Source: Zancudomyces culisetae HAW-14-8 (Eukaryota; Fungi; Kickxellomycota). From it: DNA of 64,000 nt. Below the pieces are notes generated by a model. The model did no database searches. It was not told the DNA's origin and saw nothing but the letters and a program-made list of their open reading frames with translations. The DNA lies in NCBI GenBank assembly GCA_052426225.1, contig JBNJNM010000011.1, positions 3,286,001 through 3,350,000 on the forward strand. The letters are read 5' to 3'. Positions 1-11,857 of the stretch are shown in pieces. Both the position numbers and the translations under genes were made by a program. Positions within the stretch are counted from its first letter, which is position 1. Each line of letters begins with the position of its first letter.

Positions 1-1641
1 GATCCAGGAAGCGGTATTCCAGAACGGATATTTGACGGTCAGCAATTAAAATCAAGACTGCCGGTTGAACCAGTAAACGACAGCAATGGAAATAGGCTCA
101 CCATTGAGAGTTACCAGGCGACACGGTTTCCGGATAACGAGATGTGGAAACACATGGCTAAGGGTATAGATGTGCTTAGAGATATTCGTGAGGTTGATAA
201 TCAAATCAACATTATCAAATTTAACCATTCAGTCGGCTACTATGAAAATTCTGATGGGCCAAATTCACTATACACAATGCCGAGTACTTTTCTTACACGA
301 CGTAAAAAGCGCAAACAAAAAGCAGTATCAACTAGAGATGGAGTTGGTGTTGGTGTTGGGGCTGAAGCTGAAGTCTCGTACCAGAATAATGCATTTGAAG
401 ATAATGAAGAAGACAATGAACCTGAAGGTTTGGTAGATTTTGACCACAAATGGAAAGCTCAAGCAGATCCTTTGCAGCCGTTGGTGATGGATCGAGAGTG
501 CGGAATACGACTGGTCCGACGGACATGTGCTGTGCTGCTTGCCAACGCCGGCTTTGAAAGGTTGACAACCCAGGCCCTGGATCTGCTTACTGAAGTTACC
601 CGAGATTATTTATGCAATCTAGGCCGCACACTACGCTCGTATATTGACACGCATTCTTCCGAGCTTACACCCGAAGCCATGTTGGCACACTGTCTATACG
701 AAAATGGAGTTGAACGGCTCAGTGATTTGTCGTTCTACGCTGAAACCATCTACAAGACCGATGGCAGGCTTATTGATACCTTGGAGCGACTGGAAACGGC
801 ACTTGAACAGCAAATTAGTGGTAAATCGTTTGGTAATGATGATGCCTCTGCTGCGTTCGGAAACGAATACAGCTACATGAACGGTGACCTGGCCACCCTG
901 GCTGACGATTTCTTTGGATTTCAGGAGCTGGGGTTGGATGCTGAGGTGGGTGTTGATATCAACAAGGCCATTCCACCACAACTGTGGTATGGTCGCAACT
1001 ACTCCTCGGCGGCCGCGAACAGCAAGGCTGACGATGAGCAGTACCAATACATTCCACCTCCCAAATGGCCCATGCTGGATTCACTTGATAACATGGTGGG
1101 TTTGTTTCTGCCATTCCTGGTATCTAAATTCCAACTTGATCCAATTGATCTAGTTTCTCCTGTCTCACAAACCACAAACCCTGCTATGCCTGGTAGTGCT
1201 GAAGATCCGTATTTTGTAATCTCTGAATACATCAGTAAACACAAGAAATTCAAACTAACTCATGCTGGTGCTGATGGTAATGGTGATGGTGATGGTGATC
1301 CACAGCCTTTAAAACCCTTAGTTGAAGACGATACTTTACCTCCAAAGGCTCGGTTTGGTCATTTTAGACCCAAAGTACCTCCACCGAACCGTTTAACAAA
1401 TCCCAAGCTATCTCCACAAGCTGTTGCTGCTGCTACTACTGCTACCACTACTGCTACTGCTTCTACTTCTACTTCAGCTACATCTACCAACACCAAGAAA
1501 GCTGGTAGTGGTGGGAATACAAATACCAACGCCACCACAACCACCAATTCTACCAAGAAGAGCGGTTCTGGTACTGCTGGTACTAATCGTGGTAAAGCCG
1601 AATCAAATAAAAAGGCTACTGGATCCAAGAAAAAACCTTAA
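1..1641 (+). CDS. SPT7: SAGA complex subunit Spt7-like protein, C-terminal part (5'-partial)
   Basis: Frame is open from base 1. Histone-fold segment 'LVRRTCAVLLANAGFERLTTQALDLLTEVTRDYLCNLGRTL...LAHCLYENGV' and 'GDLATLADDFFGFQELGLDAEVG' match Spt7 C-terminal motifs. Confidence 0.8.
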   Translation, partial: DPGSGIPERIFDGQQLKSRLPVEPVNDSNGNRLTIESYQATRFPDNEMWKHMAKGIDVLRDIREVDNQINIIKFNHSVGYYENSDGPNSLYTMPSTFLTRRKKRKQKAVSTRDGVGVGVGAEAEVSYQNNAFEDNEEDNEPEGLVDFDHKWKAQADPLQPLVMDRECGIRLVRRTCAVLLANAGFERLTTQALDLLTEVTRDYLCNLGRTLRSYIDTHSSELTPEAMLAHCLYENGVERLSDLSFYAETIYKTDGRLIDTLERLETALEQQISGKSFGNDDASAAFGNEYSYMNGDLATLADDFFGFQELGLDAEVGVDINKAIPPQLWYGRNYSSAAANSKADDEQYQYIPPPKWPMLDSLDNMVGLFLPFLVSKFQLDPIDLVSPVSQTTNPAMPGSAEDPYFVISEYISKHKKFKLTHAGADGNGDGDGDPQPLKPLVEDDTLPPKARFGHFRPKVPPPNRLTNPKLSPQAVAAATTATTTATASTSTSATSTNTKKAGSGGNTNTNATTTTNSTKKSGSGTAGTNRGKAESNKKATGSKKKP

Positions 1642-1974
1642 TATTTTTGTATATCTTTTTCTTGATTCTTTATTTATTTTTATGTTTGTTTGCTATTATT
1701 TACCTTTTATTTACTAATTTTATTATCAATATTGGGACTTGTCTATAAAATATATCTGAAACCCACAAAAAACAAAATTCTATGCGTATATATTTTTTTA
1801 CTCTTGTCAATGTTATTATAAATATTGACATAACTGCTATTATTACTATTGGTGATGGTATTGGTGTTAAAATACATTGTGAGTGGGGGAGAGTTGTTAA
1901 ATACCATATTCAAATAAAATAACAGAAAAAAAAAAGTTAAATAAATCTTCGCCTAGCCATCCCATCCCATTTCA

Positions 1975-2001
1975 ACTCATCCATCCATCCATCCATCCAT
2001 C
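1975..2001 (+). repeat. (CATC)n microsatellite
   Basis: Tandem catc units in intergenic DNA. Confidence 0.85.
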
Positions 2002-2368
2002 AACATCCACTTGCCACTTGCCACTTTATTAATTATTGGATTTATTTCTTTTTATTCTGACCATCATATTTAGTAGGAGCATTAATCCCAATAATAAACG
2101 GGGAAAAAACCATTAAATTAATATTAAAATGTGAATTAGAATGTTCCCGCTTTTTTTAAATAACCAAACTCCAGAATATTACAAAAAAGAATGAAAACTA
2201 TAATTCTTTTATTTCACAAGGGAGGAAGAGGAATTAAAGAAATGAACAGATTCGCTGATTAGTTGTGCCTTTATTTTTTTTTGAATTTTTTCTTTTCATT
2301 CTACCTTTATTGCGCCTGATGCTAGAATTGCGTTACAATAAATTACATTTCAATACATATATTCAATA

Positions 2369-3343
2369 ATGGGCGATGAAATCAGGCTGTTGTCGCTCTC
2401 CCAGAATCAAAATTCGGATTTTGAACTACACAACACTCACTATTTTGATCAAAATGACTCACTGCGAATGACTAGTAGCCACAGTAGGAATGGTTCCTCG
2501 GCTATATCCCATAATAAGGGCAGTGGTGACTCTAGCGATAATCTAAAAAATACACAAACTGAAAACAATTATAACCTTGTACAGAAAGAACGAACATCCT
2601 ACGACTATAGTGACGGTGTTGAAATCAATGGTAGCAGTAGTAATCCTACTAGGTACGAAAATGAACATTTACGAGGAAAAAAACAAAATTCTAAGTATTT
2701 AATCAATCGAACCTCTAATGTAGCATCGAGCGCTACGAACGTGGTGTCAACTGCACCAGGCAGCAACCGCAGTAGTACCGACAAAATGCTGTTAAATGGC
2801 GAGGATACATCCAATTCCGAAAATACCGGAAATATAGGCCAGAATAAGAATAATAATAGGGGTAGAATCAGCAACAGCAGTATTACTAGTAATGATAGTG
2901 GTGGTAGCAACAACAATGGTCGAAAAAATACATTTAATAACCTCTCAGGTAAATTTAAGAGAGAACCGCACGGAAAACCTCAATGGTGGTGGCCATGGCC
3001 ATGGATCCAAGCATTGGATCAAATGTCAACACTTGGTATTTTGTTACAAGTAGTTCCCGTCCTGTTGTTTTGTATCGTGGGTTCGATCTTTGCCGGTCAT
3101 GTACTGGACAACAATGTGAAAACCAATGCGGCATATTCGCAATATCCGGGTCTGCTGATTTTGACTCCAGTGATTATGAATATCAAGGGCAATTTGGAGG
3201 CTAATTTATCGACCCGGTTGGCGACAATTGCGAATACCCTGCTGTTGGAAGCAAAAGAACGAGCTATGGAGAAGGAAGATGATATAGAGCAATACGATAG
3301 TGGAGTAATAGATATTAGCTCCAATATTAATACTAACGACAAT

Positions 3344-3377
<34 letters not shown>

Positions 3378-5625
3378 GCAGTAGTGGTAGTAGTAGTAGT
3401 AGAAATACCAATATCAACACCAGCGGTAATAATAATAGTAATATTATTAGTATCAATAATACTCGCAATGGTAGTATAGTGGGTAAAGGAGATTGCAGCG
3501 ATAATAACAAAAATGCTGAGCCAATCGAACAAACAATAAAAAGGCATGTACTTTTGCTATTGGTTCAGAGTATGATGATGAGTATAATAGTAGGATTAAT
3601 GGTTATATTGGTTATAATACTTGCTGAGCTGCTTGGAATTCATCATCCGGGACTACCAATCAATGCTGGTGCAAATAACCTGACAGATGCCCAGAGTCAG
3701 GGACAAATTTTGGGAGGTGGCAGTGCTGAGGAAGGACTGAAGGGAGGAGGGATGGGAGTAGGCGTAGGAGGAATGTTTGGAAAGGGGAATGCCGTTGGCA
3801 GTGAAGCAAAACTTGAAAGAACAAGCATTTTGAGATTTATTATTTCCAATACTATAGTAATAATGACAACCAGCTATATTACTTCACTAGTAGGGGCACT
3901 AGGAGTGGCTACACTTGTGACAGGTGTAATTTTGGTTTGTTACAAGTTTTCTGGTGGTAAATTGGATCCGGATAATGTTACTGCACCTCTGGCATCAACA
4001 TTTGGAGATGTAACAACCTTATTGTTGATGATGGGAACCTCTACAGCAGTTTCGAAATTATTCGGAAATGGGTATACAAGTAGTAATGGTGGTATTGGTA
4101 ATGGGTTTTGGTGGAAAATTATGGGAATAACTGCAGTTTTGGTCACAATCACTGGAATTTTCATAACCATAGTATTACTGATGAGAATTCTGAGTTCAAC
4201 AGCGGGTACCACAGACGCAAAGATAGGCGGTATCGGCATCGGCATTGGAGGAGTGGGGGTTGGAGGAGGAATGGGAATTGGAGGAGGGGGAGGGGAGTAT
4301 GGGTATGATTATAATATTCTTGGTAATGAAAATGGACGTGCAAGTACTGGACAAGAGATGATTAGTGGAGGAAATGGTGAGGAGGAAATAGAATTAAAAA
4401 CATTTCACTCGATCAAATTTAATAGTATCGTAAATGGGAATGGAAATGAAAATGAAAATGAAAACAAAACCAGTATAGACAGTATACTGCCAGTACAGAA
4501 TACCACAGATGAATATAACAATATAGATTCGTCACGTCAATCAATTGATGATATGAGTAATAGTGGAAATGACATTAACAGTGCAAACTACAGTTTTTAT
4601 TACCAAAACATATTTATTGGATGGCAATCACTACTTTATGCATTAGTAACATCGTCAGTAGCAGGAATGTTACTAGAACGATATGTCGGTACGTATGCGT
4701 TACTGGCGAGTTTGGTACCTGTATTTTGTGGTACTGGAGGCAATATAGCGATTGTGTATGCTAGTCGGATATCTACAAGTTTACATTTGGAAAGGCAACA
4801 TAAAATACACATGATGCACCATTTACAACATATACAGGAAATGCAAAGAACGCAAAGTGCACGAAAAACGGCGAGTGGGATGGATGATGATCATGATCAT
4901 GAAGATGAAGGTGAAGGTGGATATGAGGGTAGAAATATAAATAAAAATATAACTGTAGGTTTCGACAAAGCTGGTACAGTAGGAAAATTAAAAGAAAACA
5001 ATAATGAGAATGAGAATGGGAATGGGAATAGAAATGGGTTGAATAGACGAATATTTTGGATACTTTTGGTATTGGCAAACTTACCTGTACAACTTTTGTT
5101 CATGATTTATTATGCCAGCTACTATATGGATTATTCAAAGATATTACCATCATCACAAACCTTACAACAAAATACCAATGCAAAGGCGGGTGTTGGTGTT
5201 GGTGGTAGTGGAGTTATATTTGGAAAGATTCAATTTGTAGTATTGTACTTGTCTGCTTGTTTTGTTCATGTAAGTTGGGAATTTATGGTTGTACTATGTA
5301 TATTTGAGTGTTGACGCTGATGCTGATATTGAAATATTCAATTGTAATAGGTATTTGTCTTGTTGTTGACTGGATTATTTGCGGCCCGAGCTACATGGCG
5401 AAAAAAGTTGGAATCAGATTACTATGTCAATCCAATAATGTAACTATTATTTTCTTTTCTGCTTTTATAATATATTGTATAGTATTGTGGATATGGTAGA
5501 GCGAGAAAAAGCTGTAAGGGGTTTAAATTAAAACCATAATAATTTAACATTATAGAGCGGGAACTGGTGACATGCTGGGAGTCTTGTTATTAGTAATAGC
5601 ATTTGGTTTATATAGTATATTGTAG
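2369..5625 (+). CDS. SLC41/MgtE-family divalent cation (Mg2+) transporter; exons 2369-5269, 5351-5439, 5556-5625
   Basis: Two MgtE repeats: 'PVIMNIKGNLEANLSTRLAT' with 'DPDNVTAPLASTFGD', and 'PVFCGTGGNIAIVYASRIST' with, after removing two GT-AG introns, 'WRKKLESDYYVNPIIAGTGDMLG'. Intron phases are consistent. Confidence 0.85.
3341..3400 (+). repeat. (AAC)n/(AGT)n coding trinucleotide repeat (poly-N, poly-S)
   Basis: Visible in sequence and translation. Confidence 0.9.
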
Positions 5626-5695
5626 AAAGGAAAGTAAAATTAAATAAATATGATATAATAAAATGGATGAAATGAAACAAAATGAAACAAATCAA

Positions 5696-8600
5696 TTAAT
5701 CACAGTCGCGGGCAGAAATCGGTTTAGGTTGACAATCGCTGAAAAAGTGTCTACAAACTCTTTCAATCAAGTAAGCACCAGCAAAATCAAGAAGAATGGT
5801 GAAAACCAACTGGTTCCTAAAGATTTCGGGCATATCCACAAGCTTGAGCATAACATTGAGGGATGGGAACATTTCAGTGGCACAAACAATAACCAGCATA
5901 CCGACAGATGCCAGCCCACGGAACAAATAGGTGTTTTCGCGAATACTCTCACGGAAAGGATGACCCTGGTAGTTGATGGCAAAAGTGGAGATTTGTTGAG
6001 ATAGCGACAATAGATACATGGCCGTATTGAGCAGGTTGGGTTCGAAAGGAGAGTCCAGATCTATTGGAGTCAGATCGGAATCTTGGGCTTGCGAAGCGTT
6101 GACCTTCATAGTCACAAAGACCAGTGCAAATATATGGACAAAGAATTGACCCAAAACAGTCAGCAAGACATAGAAATTCAAAATATTGGGTTGAGGTCTT
6201 TCACGACTCAGTTTTTCTAGTGGTGACGCCTTGGAAATACACATAAAGCAAACACTCATCAGAATGCCCATAATAGTCGCCTGGTAATCACCATACTTGA
6301 TGCCAGCCAAGTACATCACGGACATCGAATACGCACTGATCAGACAGTTGAGGGCAAGGATCTTGTACATCTGGATAGTTGCAACCAGCGTACAGCGGCC
6401 CTGTCGCACAATGTTGCATACCGCATGGATGGACCCAAGTTTGGATGTAAATGGTGATGCTACACTGGCATCGCCGAACTTGATGGTGGGAACATCTTCC
6501 TCCATGGATTCCATAGTTGCTAGCCAATCATTTACACGAGTACCAAGCTCCTGTTGAAGCTGTTCTGCTTGTTGTTGTCTGGTCTGCTGCTGTTGTGGTT
6601 GTTGTGGTTGTTGTTGTTGTGGTTGTTGTTGTTGTTGTATTTGTTGTTGGTTTTGGTTTTGGTCTTGAGATTTAGATAAAAGTTCATCCATATGCTTTTT
6701 CAGAATACTGGGAGGAGGTGGCGGTGGTTGTCCAAATCGCTTGGACAGTTTGACTTGTGCATCATAACCAGCTTTTACTCGCTCAATTTGATTACGTTTT
6801 TGGATCTTTTCCAAGTCTTCAGTGGTTCCGTTAAGCAAAGCAACACCGATATGAGCCTGCTTGAGTGCACCTACATCATTGGTTCCATCACCACACATCA
6901 ACGTACAATAACCACTGCTCTTCAACTCTGTCAAAATAAACTCTTTGTGAGCTGGACTGACACGAGCATAGACCCACACGTTATGCAGCAAGGACTCGCG
7001 CCAAAGCACAGATCCACGCAGCAAGTCGAGAGCTGGACCAGTCATACACAACTCCCAATCTGCCAAAATCTCAGAGTCCAGTGGCTCGTCAGGCAATACG
7101 CCGATATGGATATCTTCCTCGACATTGGTGCACACCAGCTTGTTGTTGCTATCAGCATCAAAAATCAGCACAGGCTTCTCAACAATTCGCACCTGGCCGG
7201 CCACATGTACAGCCGTCAACGCATTGTCGCCTGTAATCATAATGCAGCGGTGCTGTGAATCGTTCAGCATCTTGATCGCCGATGCCGAATCGGGCTTCAG
7301 TGGACAACTGAACACCAAGAATCCCTGGAACTCCAACTCGCTCTCCACACTCTCTCGCGTCCACTTGCCCAACTCCTCATGACCTATGTGTTCCCGATCA
7401 ATCCACTTACTTCCTAATGCCAACACTCTCCCTCCACGTCGACTGTAGTGCTTAAACGTCTCATCATACCACGCTGGAATATTTACAAACATCCCTCGCA
7501 GTGCTTCTGGTGCTCCCTTTACTGACACAAAGTGTTTTGCTTTCCCATTGGGTGAACTACTCGCCCAGCTGACCACTGCATTTCGCTTGAGTTCTGACAA
7601 AAATGGAAACCGGCGTTTAGGTATCAGCTTGATTCCTTCCATCCACAGGTCACGGCTGCTGCTCTTCTGCAGCCACATCGTGCCATCCTGCGCCATTTCA
7701 AACCGTGTGGATTGCAGCTGTGCCTGTTCCATCGGGTCACCAACCAGTGTGCCGTCATCCAATCGCGCCAATGCGTGTGCTGTAGCTATCGTCATCATTC
7801 CCTCTGGTCCCAAAAGATTGACCTTGATCAGCCCGTCTGCTTGCATCCCCTTCTCCCCATTTATTGGCTCCACCACTCCCGCAACTCCATCGACCACCAA
7901 CTGTTCACCCGTCAGTGTTCCTGTCTTGTCAAAGCATAACACATCCAACCTACCCGCAAATGGAATTCGGAATGGCTCTGTACAGTATATCGCATACTTT
8001 GATAATGCCATCAACGACGAGTTTACAGCCATCGACAGCTCCATTGGTAATTCGGGTGGAACTACTGATGTGATTATCAGAATACAGTCTAGCAATACCT
8101 TGGTTGTGGTTCGTCGAGCATCTTTCATCCCTTGGTGCCACACATATCCTGCTGCCAAAAACGCAAAACACAACAAAAACAATATAAATATGTACGATTC
8201 CTTGTTGTTTGCTGTCACTTGCTCAGTGCTAAATATCATGGTTCGCACCAACTCTCCCTGTGCCGTTCCAAACCCAGTCCGTAACACCACACACGTACAT
8301 CCACCATCTGGTGTCATAATTGTACCCTTCGTCTTGTGCTCAAGATCAACCTGAAGCACTTTTGTTCCTCCAAACAATACACTACCCTTATCCCGTCCTT
8401 CAATATCAAACCCAATCGCTTCTTGGGCCCGTGTCTCGGAGACTCGTTCTTTCAGTTGTGGTGTCGATTCGCCTGATAACATTGCCTCATTGACAATACA
8501 GTTTCCGCCAACCAAAACTACATCACATGGTACTGCGTTTTCTCCTTCACTGCGTACAATCGATACCACATCACCTGGCAAAAGCTCTGTGGTTTCTACC

Positions 8601-9403
8601 TCTTTCCACTTGCCCATTCTATATACATTGATCTTGTATGGTTTCATTGCTAGCGTTCGGAATTCACCTAAAGTCCTCACCCGTTGAAACACCAACGTAC
8701 TCTCAAACACAATCAACATAAACAGCGTGAACACTGAATAATACCAGTACGAATCCAAACACCATAGCCCAACGCAAAACACTTGGAACACAAAGAACGG
8801 TGCCACCGCATGTTCCTTGAATAGCTCCACAAATGTAGGAATCGGAATGTGGAACCGGTTGTCGCCATACGCATACTGCTCCTCCTCAAGCTGCTTCTCG
8901 CTACTGAGACCTTTGGCACTTCTAAAGTGTTCGACTGGGTACCCCATATCACACGGGTACTCGATTGTCTTGAACAACTTTTTGTCATCTTCATAGATAT
9001 ACTTGATCTCCTGGAATTTGAACGAAATCAACAGATCTCCCCGTTTATTGAATGTCCGGTCGATCTGCACCATCGCGTTTTTTCCCTGATGCTCTGCTGT
9101 TATGATTTTCACCAAATCTGCCTCCTGTACTGTCTCAACCTCACTACACATCAATCTGGCACGCACATTTACATCCCATTCGCACATTAGTCGCAACAGT
9201 ATGTGTGAACCTACAACAAACACCAATGACAAAAATGTATACTCGAAGCTGCCCAACACCCGTTGGTATTCTACAAAGTATATGTAGAGCCACATGGGGT
9301 AAATAAAAATGTATGGCCAGTTGTATGGTTTCTGGCTGTTGGGTAATTCCCGATACAGATTGGCCGAGGCAATCGCCTTGGATTCTACAAGTTTTCTCTT
9401 CAT
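5696..9403 (-). CDS. SPF1: P5A-type ATPase (Spf1/ATP13A1), intronless
   Basis: SGES, PPELPMEL, CFDKTGT phosphorylation motif, KGAPE, TGDN and GDGTNDVGALK; 1235 aa. Confidence 0.97.
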   Translation of the reverse strand: MKRKLVESKAIASANLYRELPNSQKPYNWPYIFIYPMWLYIYFVEYQRVLGSFEYTFLSLVFVVGSHILLRLMCEWDVNVRARLMCSEVETVQEADLVKIITAEHQGKNAMVQIDRTFNKRGDLLISFKFQEIKYIYEDDKKLFKTIEYPCDMGYPVEHFRSAKGLSSEKQLEEEQYAYGDNRFHIPIPTFVELFKEHAVAPFFVFQVFCVGLWCLDSYWYYSVFTLFMLIVFESTLVFQRVRTLGEFRTLAMKPYKINVYRMGKWKEVETTELLPGDVVSIVRSEGENAVPCDVVLVGGNCIVNEAMLSGESTPQLKERVSETRAQEAIGFDIEGRDKGSVLFGGTKVLQVDLEHKTKGTIMTPDGGCTCVVLRTGFGTAQGELVRTMIFSTEQVTANNKESYIFILFLLCFAFLAAGYVWHQGMKDARRTTTKVLLDCILIITSVVPPELPMELSMAVNSSLMALSKYAIYCTEPFRIPFAGRLDVLCFDKTGTLTGEQLVVDGVAGVVEPINGEKGMQADGLIKVNLLGPEGMMTIATAHALARLDDGTLVGDPMEQAQLQSTRFEMAQDGTMWLQKSSSRDLWMEGIKLIPKRRFPFLSELKRNAVVSWASSSPNGKAKHFVSVKGAPEALRGMFVNIPAWYDETFKHYSRRGGRVLALGSKWIDREHIGHEELGKWTRESVESELEFQGFLVFSCPLKPDSASAIKMLNDSQHRCIMITGDNALTAVHVAGQVRIVEKPVLIFDADSNNKLVCTNVEEDIHIGVLPDEPLDSEILADWELCMTGPALDLLRGSVLWRESLLHNVWVYARVSPAHKEFILTELKSSGYCTLMCGDGTNDVGALKQAHIGVALLNGTTEDLEKIQKRNQIERVKAGYDAQVKLSKRFGQPPPPPPSILKKHMDELLSKSQDQNQNQQQIQQQQQPQQQQPQQPQQQQTRQQQAEQLQQELGTRVNDWLATMESMEEDVPTIKFGDASVASPFTSKLGSIHAVCNIVRQGRCTLVATIQMYKILALNCLISAYSMSVMYLAGIKYGDYQATIMGILMSVCFMCISKASPLEKLSRERPQPNILNFYVLLTVLGQFFVHIFALVFVTMKVNASQAQDSDLTPIDLDSPFEPNLLNTAMYLLSLSQQISTFAINYQGHPFRESIRENTYLFRGLASVGMLVIVCATEMFPSLNVMLKLVDMPEIFRNQLVFTILLDFAGAYLIERVCRHFFSDCQPKPISARDCD

Positions 9404-10186
9404 TTCTGTTTTGTTCCCTTTTTTCTTTTTCTTTTTCTTTTTCCTTTTCCTTTTCCCTTTTTTCTGCTTCTGGTTTTCAACAAAGATTCGTTTTGCAAGA
9501 TAAGTGTTGTACGTTTATTTTATGAATCTTGTTACCGTTTGGCGGGTTATATTTTGTTTGGTATATTAGCCCTTTAAAAAGTAATAAAAAAATTATGGAG
9601 TAATTTATTGCAATCAGAAACAATTCTTAATTTACGCTTCTGATATTTACTATTGTTATTTTTTTTTTCATAATGGTGCTTTTTATTTTCAGCTAGGCAA
9701 ATAATTTGTATCTCTCCATAGAAATGGGAGCAATATCCTTTTCCAAGCCTTTCCTTCAAACAATTGGCAAGCTTGTTGTATTATTATTATTTTTTTTTTT
9801 AGTAGTGAACAAAGCATAATTTGCAAATATTTGATTAGCAAGTACACATCGCGTTATTCATCCACAAATCAAGTTGTTTTTATCCTCTTCCTCGCCTTCT
9901 TCTCCAACCACTACAACCACTACAACCAAACCACTTTTGCCACTTTTGCCCCCCCCCCTTTTTTTTATTTTCTTTTCTTTTCTCTTCCTAATAGTTCCAT
10001 GCATCCAACAACCTGCCATCGTTTTTTAATATTGCTGTTCTTTAATCAAAGACCAGAATATTAACCAGAACCTAACATGTCCAATAGAATCCCGTATTTT
10101 ATTTCCAACGTCATCAAAAAATGAATCAAAATCAAAGTAATAACAAATGATATATTTAAAGCAACCTTGGCTGGAAACATAAGTAA

Positions 10187-10684
10187 GCCCCAAAAAACAA
10201 AATTTATCAGATAAAAAATCTGTATGAACACGAATTGAGTTGTCTCTGACCAAAATTGAAATTAAATGAGAATCAAAAAGAGGCGATGTTGCGTACCATC
10301 AATATAGCAGCAAATACAAATTGGGAAAGTGATGTCTCGGGGCTAGCCTTCGCGCTTATCGCGTTTGCTGGTTTAGATTTCAACAGCAGATATTTAATAA
10401 AAACTGGAAATCGTTTTCACAATACTGATTCTCGAAGTACTGATATAATTATTGAAGCTCTTGTTGGTAAAAGAAAAACACTAGTTATAAAGTGTATGAA
10501 AAATGAGCCTGCTGATATTATAGGCAACGAGCAGCGATTAATCGGGTACATACAGAGTGGTAGATTTCCTAATGACATTCTAATGTATCCGAGAAATTCT
10601 TATTTTTACACTTTAGACATAACCAATGGTGAGGTTATAGTTGTTTGCGCAAGTTCACATTATTGCAATAATATTACTCAGTAA
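10187..10684 (+). pseudogene. degenerate PD-(D/E)XK restriction-endonuclease-like ORF (probable relic)
   Basis: 'ESDV..A..L...GLD...TDIII...LVIKCMK...EQRLIGY' resembles the REase-fold pattern. Reading upstream in frame hits TGA at 10247-10249 and TAA at 10184-10186, with no upstream ATG. Confidence 0.4.
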
Positions 10685-11857
10685 GAACGCATTATAAACA
10701 AAGTGTTGAATATGAGAACTGATGTACGTCCGGAATAAGCATCAACCAAATAAAACAAAATTTAAAAAGCAATATATTGCATATAAATGTATAAATTATC
10801 TGCACTGCAATGTATCTGAACTACAATATTGAATTAAAACAAATATATTCTATACACGTCCAAAGCAAGCTTGATTGGAAGCATAAATGTACCTTTTGTA
10901 AAAGTATAGCTTTGTTATATGTCAAGCATTTTGCGTTCAAATGGAGGATCCTCTGATACTAAACATGCCTCTGTAGAAACTGATAAAAATAAAACTGTAT
11001 ACACTATTGTATAGTAGAGCTTGAACATCATATTGTCAGCGATATGATCTATTCCACAATAAAAGTGCTACATAAAAATAAGAAAATTCTAGCCATGTTC
11101 GTAAATATCGTTCTAAATACCTCTCGTAGAGAAGGATGCTGGGTCGTTGGATACATTTTATGAAATACCTACACCCATCCCCAATAGTTTGTTGTTATCT
11201 GGTGAGTTTTTCCACTTTTTATGCGTTTGGATATTAAAAATCAAAGATAGAACACATATATGTACAAACATATACAAAAACAGAACCTAGACTAATGATC
11301 AAGTAGACAATGCTCGTAATATATTATAGCATTAACTAAACAATTTGTGAATGTAGTGATTCAGCTTGGTCTTTGGGTTCTATTCCTTTACTTTCCTTAT
11401 AAATATACAATTGTAAACACAGTGATGCTAATCAATACTATTTTGTTATATGTGTTGTATATCTTTACACTTTTACAGTAGAATCCCTCTTTTATCCGTT
11501 ACTGTTCCAATACCTTGTACAAAGCAGAAAAAAACTAAAAAACTAAAAAATTAAAAGTCAAAAGCCGCACTAATTGCAACTCCTCATCTCATTATCATTA
11601 GTTTCATCCATCCGAAAATTTAGATACATCGAGTGTATGTGCACATTACGGGCGGTATTCTTACCACCTTCTCTCCCAAAATGTTCATACCAAATACATT
11701 TTTTGTACTTTTCATCATTTCTAATATTCAGTTTTACTTGAATCATCTTATATATATCCCTTTATAAGTTTGAAAACTTAGATCCTCAGCAATAAAAAAA
11801 AAAAAAAAACTTTATAAGGTAAATAGAACAAAACATAACAAAGTGGCACTAGATTTT

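Noticed and set aside
7548-8354. Long antisense ORFs over SPF1 (similar ones lie over RNA14, HAS1 and NVJ2)
   Set aside because: Shadow frames of real genes caused by codon bias and low-complexity repeats.
10241-10249. C-L-TGA as a possible selenocysteine site
   Set aside because: No upstream start codon, no redox fold and no SECIS recognised; a pseudogene stop is the simpler explanation.
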